The notes under the pieces: model-generated
What the model was told of the DNA's origin: nothing
What the model saw: the letters and a program-made list of their open reading frames with translations, nothing else
Databases searched by the model: none
From: a bacterium
GTDB taxonomy: Bacteria > SAR324 > NAC60-12
Length of the DNA stretch: 28,044 nt
NCBI GenBank assembly: GCA_965233585.1
Contig: CBDDTI010000077.1
Span: forward strand, 1-28,044
Direction: 5' to 3'
Made by a program: the position numbers and the translations under genes
Part shown: positions 1 through 9,158 of the stretch, one piece after another
How positions within the stretch are numbered: position 1 is the stretch's first letter
Layout of the letters: each line of letters begins with the position of its first letter

Positions 1-46
1 GTAGAAGCTGATGCTTTTCGAGATAGACCACATCCTTGGGGGGGTA

Positions 47-172
47 GTTGTTTTGAAGGTAGGTCCGGGTTTAGGGATACCGTGAGGGGCATGCCACCCA
101 GATCCCTACCCCCTCAAGCCCCCACCTATGCCCTCATGGTATCCCTAAACCCGGACCTACCTTCAAAACAAC
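47..172. repeat. Long hairpin / MITE-like inverted repeat in host DNA
   Basis: Arms 47-92 and 128-172 are near-perfect reverse complements around a 35 bp loop. Confidence 0.8.
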
Positions 173-1824
173 CAATCTTAAATCAGCAGGACCCCAATAT
201 AGGCTTACTTTTTACCCAAAATTTTGGGCTAAAAAGTTTTGTGCAAATAGTGAGCCTATAATAGAGTCATTATTTGCACAAAACTTTTTCTTTAGGTAGT
301 TATATTGATAAAAGCTGGTATTGAGGGGAAGTCATCGCTTTAAAAATTTATTTAACAATAAGAGGTTATGTGACAACTTACTTATTTTTTCCTATTGGCA
401 CCAAAGAGGGTGTTGACAAAAATATATAGAAAGGCATCATCATTTCTAAGGAAGTTGTAGAAAAGATTTTTGTACCGAAAAAAAATGTGTTTCCCATCTC
501 ACTCAACCAGTAAAAAAAAAGAGGAAGGTAATTCAAATAGAAATTTGACACCCAAAACTTCAAATATTGCCCTTGTCATCCTGCCAAAGATCATTTCTGT
601 TTGCACCCCTAGCCCTCTAACATAAAAAATCAAAGCTGTTGGACTTAAAGGTGGGAACAAAGTTGTTTGTGTTTCTTCTTAGAGGGAGAGGGATGGGAAT
701 AGAAGTAGCTTTGGGGAGGCTGACAAGGGAAAAAATTTTAAGATTTGGGGGCTTATATTTTTCACTTACCTCTGCCATCTTTTTGGTTACCTTACCTTGC
801 TTTAAGAGAGAGCTCCTGATCTTTTTTATCTGGCTTTTTCTACCACTGATTCACTTACTCACTGTTTCTCTATTTTCTGGAGCCTACTTGGGTGACAAAT
901 GGCCGTCAAAACCTGGGGGACTATAGCCTGAGAATTATTTGTCTCAAAACGTAGCTCCAACAGGAGAAAATTTATTAATTATACATTTATTTAGTGGTGA
1001 GATGGTTCATGCGACAATTTCAAGTACTGAAGCCATAGAGATTGTTTTTCTCTTCCGAGAGAGGTAGTTCATAGGACAAAAAAAGGTGGAAAAATTGAAA
1101 GAATTTTACTTGAATAAAAAAAATCTTTGTTTCTTGTGGCCACCTTTCCCTGTTTTGGCATTTGCAATTAGAGCATAATGACACATAAAATTTTAATTTT
1201 AGGGGGCCTTACCTCACCAATGTTGTATTTTTAGACCTACCAATCGAGTTCACTTGAAAATTTTTGACTGAAGCTACGGCAGTCAGGGAATCCAAAGATT
1301 TTCAAGCAATCACAGATTGCTAGATTTTGGAACAGAAATAGGAAGGGTATGCTGAATAAAGGGTAATAGAGGTTATGTGTTTCTTACACAGGACACAGAG
1401 ACCACTAATATGAGTAAAATACTGGATATTTAAGGGACATTCCTTTGGTCTTTCTACCATTTCTTTTTTTACATGAAATTGTCCTGGCCCTCTCAGAACA
1501 ACAAAATCAATCTCCTTGGTGCCACTTGACTTTGGCCTTAGTATTTAGTGGGGTCAAAAAAAAAAATTAAAGCGACAACTTCCCCACTATATCGGCTTTT
1601 ATATTGATCACTGGGATATTCCCTCGAGCGAGCTCCAAAGGTGCTCATGGCTCTCAGAGCGATGACAGCACATATCTGGCTTGGATATGTGTTGTAGTCT
1701 TTACTTCACCCTAGACCAGCAGGTTGTTTTCTCAGTTGCAAGAATTACAGGAGTTGCCAACCTCCCCCCTAAGGATGTGGTCTAGGCTCAAAAAGAGCAT
1801 CAGCTTCCACTTACCTGGGCCCCT

Positions 1825-1894
1825 GGACCAGGAGTTGAACCCGGGTCCAGGGGGCACGAAGCTGATGCTCTACCACTGAACTATCGACACATCC
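1825..1894 (-). mobile_element. tRNA-derived SINE-like head or tRNA pseudogene
   Basis: Minus strand shows A-box-like TAGTTCAGTGGTAGAGC and B-box-like GGTTCAACTCC. Related partial copies lie at 1773-1830 (+) and 1-37 (-). Confidence 0.6.
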
Positions 1895-1944
1895 ATTTCT
1901 TTAGGTAGTCTTTACCCAAACTTTGTGTGGATGTGAAATGCAAA

Positions 1945-2500
1945 TGTTGTTGTTGTTGTTGTTGTTGTATTGATCGCTGGGGGAACTCCATGAAAAGGTC
2001 GAACCCCGCTCGAGCGAGCACCAGACGGGGTGCTCATGGCTCTCTGAGCGATGTGAGTTTAATACAACATCAGAGATTACCCCGGCTGACCAGGGCGAGT
2101 CTCAGGATGTTCTGACCTATCATGGTCCAGTAGCTCAGCAATTGTTGGCTCCCTGAGGAACCTGCTGAGCTGACATATTGACCATTTGATAGGACCCCTA
2201 GCAGGTTCCCCTCCCCCCAGGTCCCGTGTTGTGGGAACACTCGGTCCATAAGTGAAGGGCATCCTCTTTACTCTCCCCACACAATCTGCACATATCACTT
2301 CCCCCCCAGCAAGTTTGCACCTGTGTCTGAGAAGGTTGTTGTGCCCAGTGGTGAAGTGGATAACATGGCTCAAATCGTAGCGATCGAGCCTTCTAACAAA
2401 ATGTACTGGCACATTTTTAACTGCAGGGAACCAGACCTTTGTCTGTTGACAAGTTGCCAACTTCGCCCACCTAAGCTGCCATTTGTTGCTCCCCCATTGC
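1945..2500 (-). mobile_element. 3' end of a non-LTR retrotransposon ORF2 (LOA-like), frameshifted, cut at the Maverick junction
   Basis: Frame reads W..KW..RW...CQQTKVWFP...LSHVIHFTTGHNNLLRH. After a frameshift in a G7 run it gives CRLCGESKEDALHLWTEC (C-terminal CCHC knuckle). Ends in a (CAA)n tail at 1945-1968. Confidence 0.8.
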
Positions 2501-3039
2501 GGGTAATGTCCCTACATCACTCTCATTCGAGCTTGTTACGCTCTCAAAACACCTTAAAACGTTCTCAAAACACCTTAAAACAGGCTGAAACCGTCTTTCA
2601 ACCATCCGTTTACCGATAAAAACCATCTTGATGCGCTCTCAAAACACCTTCCTGGCATCTACATTGAGCCTGTTTCAACCTGAAATCGGCTTGTAATCGT
2701 CTGCAACCGGCTTGTTTTCGTCTGCAATCGGCTTGCAACAACCTCAATCGAGCCTGCAACCGGCTTGTTTTCGTCTGCAATCGGCTTGCAACAACCTCAA
2801 TCGAGCCTGTAATCGGCTTGTTTTCGTCTGCAATCGGCTTGCAACAGGCTCAATCGAGCCTGTAATCGGCTTGTTTTCGTCTGCAATCGGCTTGCAACAG
2901 GCTCAATCGAGCCTGTAATCGGCTTGTTTTCGTCTGCAATCGGCCTGTTGCAAGCCGATTGCAAGCCGTTTGCAACCTCAATTTTTTCACTTTCCACGTC
3001 TTGAATCAGTTCGGGGGCGCGAAGAAAGGTTCTGAGAAC
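2501..3039 (+). repeat. Left terminal inverted repeat
   Basis: Reverse complement of 24810-25350 with only a few mismatches/indels; contains a 53 bp tandem array. Confidence 0.96.
2705..2945. repeat. 53 bp tandem repeat array inside the left TIR (about 4.5 copies; mirrored at ~24905-25146)
   Basis: Unit AATCGGCTTGTTTTCGTCTGCAATCGGCTTGCAACAGGCTCAATCGAGCCTGT begins at 2811, 2864, 2917, with variant copies upstream. Confidence 0.92.
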
Positions 3040-3455
3040 GTCAATGTTTAAATTTCCGTTCTCCGAAACAAACACAAATTAAAGCGCGACTCGTTTTGCA
3101 TCAACAAATTATAATTCGCGCCAAAACTATTGTCATAAACAATAATTTCCGCTCGATAATTTTATCAAAAATAAACACATGTTCAACTTTTCAACAGTTA
3201 TTGTTTATCGGTGTTTACAAAAAGATTCTCAACCCAACCAAATGTCGCAATTATTTATTGACAGAAAAAATCACGTTTGATTTTGTTTTGATTTTATGGA
3301 TGATTTTTTGCTACTGTGTCTAATTTTTAGTAGCAAACTATTATCCTTAATTTTAAAATAAAAGAGCGCGCTTAATTTTAAATTTATTATTTTTATGTTA
3401 TAAACTATTTCAGTAATACATCACACGTCTTTGTATAAACATTTGCTGCAACTTC

Positions 3456-3800
3456 ATGGTCATCAACAACAATCTCACGTATCGACATTTTAAAAATTCC
3501 CACGCTTTGTTGCGAAATATCTCAATTCTTCTCAACAGGATCAACAAAATCCTAAAGTCGTTGGATCAACAAGTATTTGCGTATCGTAAAAACGTTAAAG
3601 ACCGCACGTGTTTCTTTTATATTCCAACATATGATTCCGAAACACGCGCGCGAATCATTTTTGCCATTCAAAGAGAATTACAAGTGTACCATTATTATAA
3701 AAAAATAACCATCAAGTTTTTGTCTAATACGTTTTGTTCGAAAAACAACGACATTTTTAATAATGTGGAGCCACGACTCGCCTCCCGCCAATCGCCGTAA
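3456..3800 (+). CDS. Hypothetical protein (114 aa)
   Basis: ATG-initiated ORF with a TATA-like TGTATAAA just upstream; no recognisable motif. Confidence 0.35.
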   Translation: MVINNNLTYRHFKNSHALLRNISILLNRINKILKSLDQQVFAYRKNVKDRTCFFYIPTYDSETRARIIFAIQRELQVYHYYKKITIKFLSNTFCSKNNDIFNNVEPRLASRQSP

Positions 3801-4017
3801 TTGTGTCCGGAGAAATAGAGATGGAGAAGATCCTTTTAAATATATTTATTTTGTAAAAGACACCATTTCTCCTTGGCTTTTAGTTTTTCTTTGGTCTTTT
3901 TTAATGCTGCTCGGTCTATACGTTTTATTTGAACATGAATACAAATTATGGAAGAATATAAATGTTAACAACAAAACTGTAGATTTTTCTATCCCTCAAA
4001 ATACAAATGTGTTGTAA
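3763..4017 (+). CDS. Small putative single-pass membrane protein (84 aa)
   Basis: ATG ORF with hydrophobic segment WLLVFLWSFLMLLGLYVLF. Confidence 0.45.
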   Translation: MWSHDSPPANRRNCVRRNRDGEDPFKYIYFVKDTISPWLLVFLWSFLMLLGLYVLFEHEYKLWKNINVNNKTVDFSIPQNTNVL

Positions 4018-4328
4018 GCGCGGTGTGTTTTACATTCTCAGCGTGAGTTTTCTCGTTTCTTTGCGTAAATTTCGCTCAACCCTCCCCTTGCGAAGTGTTT
4101 TTCATAAAGAATCTTTCAAAGCATTTTATTGTACGAAAAAGTTCTTATTATTTAATTTAGACAACAACTTCTAACTTTATTTATAATAAATGTACAAATG
4201 TTCGCGTGTTTGACCGCCCGCTTTTATTATAGAAAATAAATAATTTCAAGTTTGCGATTCAAATACTTCACTTCATTTTCAATTCTTGGACATTTCAAAG
4301 TTCAAAGTAAATTTTTAAATCTGACACA

Positions 4329-5351
4329 ATGAACTTCAACATTATTATCGTCTTTTTCATTGGGGTCTTTTATTTGGCTTCGTGCGAGGAAGACATCATT
4401 TTATTAAAAAGTCTCCTCGCTAAAATTGTTGGTTTTTCCAATTCTTCTGAAACAACCATTACGCCTACGATTGACTTTGCATCAACCAGTTCTTCCACTT
4501 CAAGCACCACGTCCACTTCAAGCACCACGTCCACTTCAAGCACCACAACTTCTACCAGTACTACCACTGTCCTGCCTACTACCGTTGCTACCACTGTCAC
4601 GAGCTCTACTCCTTCAACTACGACTTCACCCGTGCCTGTGTCGGAAACAAGCACCGGTTCTGCCACCACTTTCAATCCGCCGATCTTTTCTGCTTCACCT
4701 AATGTGTCAACCACAGATAATAGTTTCTCCTTCGCCGGTTTTGACTTTGCAATTTTTGACAGTAAGTATTGATTATTTTCTTTCCAGTCAACATTTTATA
4801 CAAAATCTTATTATTTTCAGATGTCTTCAAGATATTTGTCGGATTGGTGTTCGTCTTCATTTTTGTGACGTTCGCCATAATTATGTATAAATTAAGAAGA
4901 CTGGACCATCATCACCAACAGCCGTCTAATGTCGAAGTATGATTATTACATTTTATAAAATATTTTGTCTATTCTATATTTTTTTTAGCCTATTGAAATG
5001 ATTTCAATACAAGCTGCCGCAGATTCATCGACAAACGGAGAGGCTGTAGAAGAATCAAACGTCGAAATTTTGCCGGTTGAGTCAACCGCATCGGCGTTGC
5101 CGACCAACGCAACTCCCGAAAAAGTAGATCAAGCGACTAACACGGAGTATACGGTAGGAAATTTATTATTATTTTTAAATCACTTATTAAATATAATTTA
5201 TTTTTAGGTTTATCATAGACGACCGTATTTTTCAAGCATGATTCCTCCGTTATTTAACATGCCTCGGACGGAACCTGCGGCGGCTTCTTCAATAAACAAT
5301 GACCCTTCTCCTCCTCTTTGTGCCAGGCAAAATCTTTCTACTCCCGTATAA
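4329..5351 (+). CDS. Spliced type I membrane mucin-like glycoprotein, 285 aa; exons 4329-4761, 4821-4936, 4989-5153, 5208-5351
   Basis: Three GT-AG introns of 52-59 bp keep the frame. Signal peptide, Ser/Thr-rich ectodomain, TM IFVGLVFVFIFVTFAIIMY, basic KLRR, cytosolic tail ending STPV; AATAAA at 5384. Confidence 0.85.
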
Positions 5352-5457
5352 TATATATATAATCTAGTTTTTATTTTTATTTGAATAAAATAAATGCGCA
5401 TTTCATTTTATTTCTCAAAATACATTCATGCCTATGTACATTTTTGGTCGTTTTATT

Positions 5458-6668
5458 TTATTGTTGGATATGAGGCAGTTTTTTCTTGATGCCAAAACAC
5501 AATTCCATGAAGGCTTTTGTTATTTCCTCCAGCCCTCTTAGCGGTACTTGAATCTTCATAATCTTGGTCGAATACTGTTGGTTGTTTTCGTTATACTGAA
5601 AAAATGCCTTTTTAGATAAGATTTTTCACGCTATTTGACGTACTTACGTGTTCCTTTTTCACATAAATCACCGGCCAGGCTGATAGTCCTCCGGCCTTTT
5701 GAATATGCCTTAACCCGGTGATTCCAACGGTCACTTGCGGATTAAGGTATACTACCTTGTACATCGGCTTGATTGGAAGGCTGATGCTTTTCTCATCCAC
5801 TTTTTTTGTCTTGATCAGCTCAATAAATTTTTTGAGCGTGGCTGGATTTATGTACATATACTAAAAAAAAAATTAAAATTATTTTAATTCATCAAATTAA
5901 GTTAATATAGACTTACATTGTCTGGACCAAAAAAGTAGGCTTCTCTTGTTGAATGTTCTTTTTGCCATTCAGCAAAATCGATATCCCTTGTCTCGCATAT
6001 TTTTTCGGTAGTCCAATTTCGAAAATATTGCTTTTGCTCATCTTCGTCCATTAAAATTTGATACGACATCAATGACGCACCTTCATAGACCGCATGATTG
6101 TTAATTTCATTGTCCACCAACAATCCTTTTTTATTTGACCTTTTTCTTTTCTTTCCTAAAATGTCTTGAGTCTGCTCATTAAGATCTTCGTCATCATCAT
6201 CATCATCGTCATCATCATCGTCATTGTCATCATTTTCTGAACTTTCAACGCTCAACTCCTCCGCATCGGTTGAAACATCATCATCAGATTGAACAGTCGA
6301 AATTTCTGACTCTGATTCTTCTTCCGTTTCTTCATTCACAGACTCCGGTTCTGATGACGAAATGTCGTGGTTTCTTTTTTGTTTTTTTCCTTTAATTATA
6401 AAATCTTTAATTAATTGTAAAGCGTGTAAAAAACCGACTTAAAATTAAAATTACCTGATTTTAATTTATGTTTTTTATTTGTATTCTTCTTGGATTTTCC
6501 ATTACCAATCTTCTTTTTATTAGTCTTTTTATTTTTCTTTTCCGCCTCTGACGTATTTTCAGCCTTTTTTTTCTTCTCATCATCAATGGCTTTATTATCA
6601 ATCTCTTGCGATTTGCCATTTTTATTGACTGTGTTAGGCTTTTTCTTTTTTGCTGGTGATTTCTTCAT
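5458..6668 (-). CDS. Spliced 345 aa Lys-rich/Asp-rich protein with globular C-terminus (possibly PC4-like ssDNA binder); exons 6668-6455, 6389-5917, 5860-5648, 5595-5458
   Basis: Three GT-AG introns of 52-65 bp join three listed ORFs plus a final exon in one frame; AATAAA follows the stop. Confidence 0.75.
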
Positions 6669-7271
6669 CTTATTGCTTTAAATGCGGGTGATTTATTCTG
6701 ACAATAAATCTGTACTGACGTTTGTCATCGAATGTAGGTTCTTTTTAAACTTTCTTGAGTTTAAGGGAGTGTCAGTATGGCAATGTTCTAAGGGGCTCTC
6801 AATTCCACATGCGCGGGCAAGTAGCTGATAAGTTTCATCAATTTTGATTGGTTACACAGCATAAATAAGCTATGGCGCTGATGGTTGTAAATTTTAACGA
6901 TGCTGAACGCGTTTGAGGTCAATTCTTATTAATGTTTTTGGTTCATTCTAAATTATAACGCGTCAAGTCGTTAACAGACAATGCCCTAAGGAAATTATGG
7001 ATAATTTTTGTTTTTTGAACATGTTAAATTGTGAATTAAACAATGGTTCAAGAAAATTACGGAAAATGAGTGCTTTTTGTGTGCGTGTATTTTCCATTAA
7101 TTTTTCACATTCGACTAGTTAATATTTGTAACAAATTATATTTGTCAAAACTCGATCAAATCACCATTAATTTTTCTAAGTACTTAATGTTTCTCATGCT
7201 CAAGATTTGTAATTTGCTGTGGATATCCTTAATTTTTTGTGCTCAATTTGTCATTAATTTTTTCTCATGCA

Positions 7272-7320
7272 ATTGGCTCGTAAATGCGCCAAACTATTTC
7301 CCACCAAAAATTGTATAAAA
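7272..7320 (+). promoter_or_regulatory. Putative Pol II promoter: inverted CCAAT, E2F-like site, TATA box
   Basis: ATTGG 7272-7276, GCGCCAAA 7286-7293 and TATAAAA 7314-7320, about 90 bp upstream of ATG 7410. Confidence 0.5.
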
Positions 7321-7409
7321 ACGCGTTCATATTTTCAAATTCATCCATTATAAGTTTGAACATTCGTTGAAAGAAGATCTTCTGCCGTTCGCTATCAAAG
7401 GTAATTAAA

Positions 7410-8237
7410 ATGTCTAATTCACCAAATGATTCAAACAACCCTCGCCAAGTTTTTCTTGGCCCTGCAGGGTTAAGAATAAGATTTCATCTAAGAAACGCTG
7501 ATGATTTAACATCACCGCCATCTCCGCCGGTTGTGCCAATTGGACGAGGTCGAGGAGATTTAAGGTCAAATGATGGCCCAAGTTCCTCTCTTCCTGCTCG
7601 CGGTGTTGGTCGAGGCCAGACAACATCTTCCTCGTTTAATCAACGGGGTCGAGTATCTGAACCGATAGTTGTAAACCCCGAAGGATTTGGAGTTATGGTT
7701 CAAATCAATAACAATCCAGTCGATGATTTAACATCGACCAATAACTCCGCCGATGATTTAACATCGCCATCATCAAACAACGCTGTCGATGATTCAACAT
7801 CGAACCCCATGTCTCAAAGAATTTTTGCTGAGCGCAACACCTCAAACACTTCGGTCGTTGGTCGTGGTGTTGGTCGGGGACAAAATATTTATCGCCCCTT
7901 CAATCAAACGACTTCACCCTCGATTGGGCGAGAGGTCAGACGTGGTGTTGGTAGGGCCGGAAGATATTCTTCTCCTTATCAACGTCCAAATCGATCAGCA
8001 GAAGAAATAGAAGAGGAAAATTATTTCCCCGCACCCTCAAATTTAGAAAGATCGAGTGACGGTCGTTTAGCCTCTTTCATTCTCGATTTAATCGATGCTG
8101 AAGGCGGCTCACCTTATGATTTGTTCAATCGTTATGCTGAGTACGTATTGCGTCAACGCATTCAAATGCTTGAGCGTGAACGCGAACGCTTACGTGCTCA
8201 ATATCAAAGATTGTTGCGTCATTTTAGACAAGAATGA
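7410..8237 (+). CDS. Disordered RG-repeat protein with C-terminal coiled coil (275 aa)
   Basis: Long ATG ORF with repeated RGVGR(G/A) and DDLTS motifs; C-terminal LRQRIQMLERERERLRAQYQRLL. Confidence 0.75.
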   Translation: MSNSPNDSNNPRQVFLGPAGLRIRFHLRNADDLTSPPSPPVVPIGRGRGDLRSNDGPSSSLPARGVGRGQTTSSSFNQRGRVSEPIVVNPEGFGVMVQINNNPVDDLTSTNNSADDLTSPSSNNAVDDSTSNPMSQRIFAERNTSNTSVVGRGVGRGQNIYRPFNQTTSPSIGREVRRGVGRAGRYSSPYQRPNRSAEEIEEENYFPAPSNLERSSDGRLASFILDLIDAEGGSPYDLFNRYAEYVLRQRIQMLERERERLRAQYQRLLRHFRQE

Positions 8238-8352
8238 TTTGTATTAAGTAATTTGTTTATATTTTGTCTGAGCTATATAGTTTTAATGTGTTTGTATATA
8301 TTATTTCCAAAATTCATGCGCCAATAAATTTTGTTTCAGAATTTTAACAGAA

Positions 8353-9108
8353 ATGCCAAAATCCTACGTCTGCCGTGAATGTCAAAAATCGTTTGCTAGA
8401 AAATCTTCCCGAGACAAACATGAATCGTTTCGTCATCGTGAAACATCGTCAAAATTCCAAAATCGGACTCCGTTAAATCAATCGCTTCAGTGTCCGTTTT
8501 GTAAGAATGAATTAAGTTCCTTTAAATCAAGAAAAGATTTGGTTTCTCACATTGATTCCTCTCATTTAGAAGATTTAAATTATTCTCTTTTTAAATCTGC
8601 TTTGAACGGTAAAATTAAAATTTTTCGGAAACATATATTTTCTACAGAAACGCTTCACGCCTTTGTTGTTAATAGAGCAAATAGACAAGAAATTGTTGAT
8701 GTTATTCGTCATGAATTGAGTAAAACCTTTACAGTAAAAGTTGCTTTAATTTTATCAGCGGCGTATCAAATTCCTGATTTAAATTCAGCTACAAAAGACA
8801 CTGAGACGGAAACCGCTGTTGATAATACTTCAACACAGCCTCAAACGGTTGTTAGCAACATTGATAATTCAACTGAAAAAAGTCTTGATCAGTCGTCACA
8901 TGAATTAATGCCTAGCGATCGAGATGTCTTTGCTTTAAGAACCGGCTATATTCAATTTACGTCTTTTGATTCTTCTCGCTCGTTAAAAGGTAAAGTTCAA
9001 AAATTATTAAACAATTTAATAAGTCGAGAAGAGGATTTGTTGATGAGAGGTTCCGGATGGAGATTTGAATCTCTGTCTTTTAGTGACATCCAAATTACCA
9101 ATATTTGA
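8353..9108 (+). CDS. C2H2 zinc-finger protein carrying the terminal-protein-like region normally at the N-terminus of Maverick pPolB
   Basis: Fingers CRECQKSFARKSSRDKHESFRH and CPFC...LVSHIDSSH; C-terminal RGSGWRFESL...IQI matches the GSGW motif of the pPolB N-terminal region. Confidence 0.75.
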   Translation: MPKSYVCRECQKSFARKSSRDKHESFRHRETSSKFQNRTPLNQSLQCPFCKNELSSFKSRKDLVSHIDSSHLEDLNYSLFKSALNGKIKIFRKHIFSTETLHAFVVNRANRQEIVDVIRHELSKTFTVKVALILSAAYQIPDLNSATKDTETETAVDNTSTQPQTVVSNIDNSTEKSLDQSSHELMPSDRDVFALRTGYIQFTSFDSSRSLKGKVQKLLNNLISREEDLLMRGSGWRFESLSFSDIQITNI

Positions 9109-9158
9109 TTTAAAGGACTTATTTTGTTGTATATAAAAAATTCAAGTAAGCTTTGGAA

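Noticed and set aside
301..1608. Degenerate inverted pair at ~301-343 and ~1567-1608 as DNA transposon ends
   Set aside because: Short, imperfect match with no TSD or transposase; support too weak to call.
2490..2495. TCCCCC as a TSD (also at 25352-25357)
   Set aside because: On the left it lies 5 bp from the TIR and the LINE frame reads through the gap; low complexity makes chance likely, though it cannot be fully excluded.
2705..2945. CRISPR-like look of regular palindromic repeats
   Set aside because: No unique spacers, no cas genes, eukaryotic context; it is a tandem array in the TIR.
4370..4890. Val-rich antisense and Pro-rich alternate-frame ORFs
   Set aside because: Shadows of the Ser/Thr-rich mucin exon.
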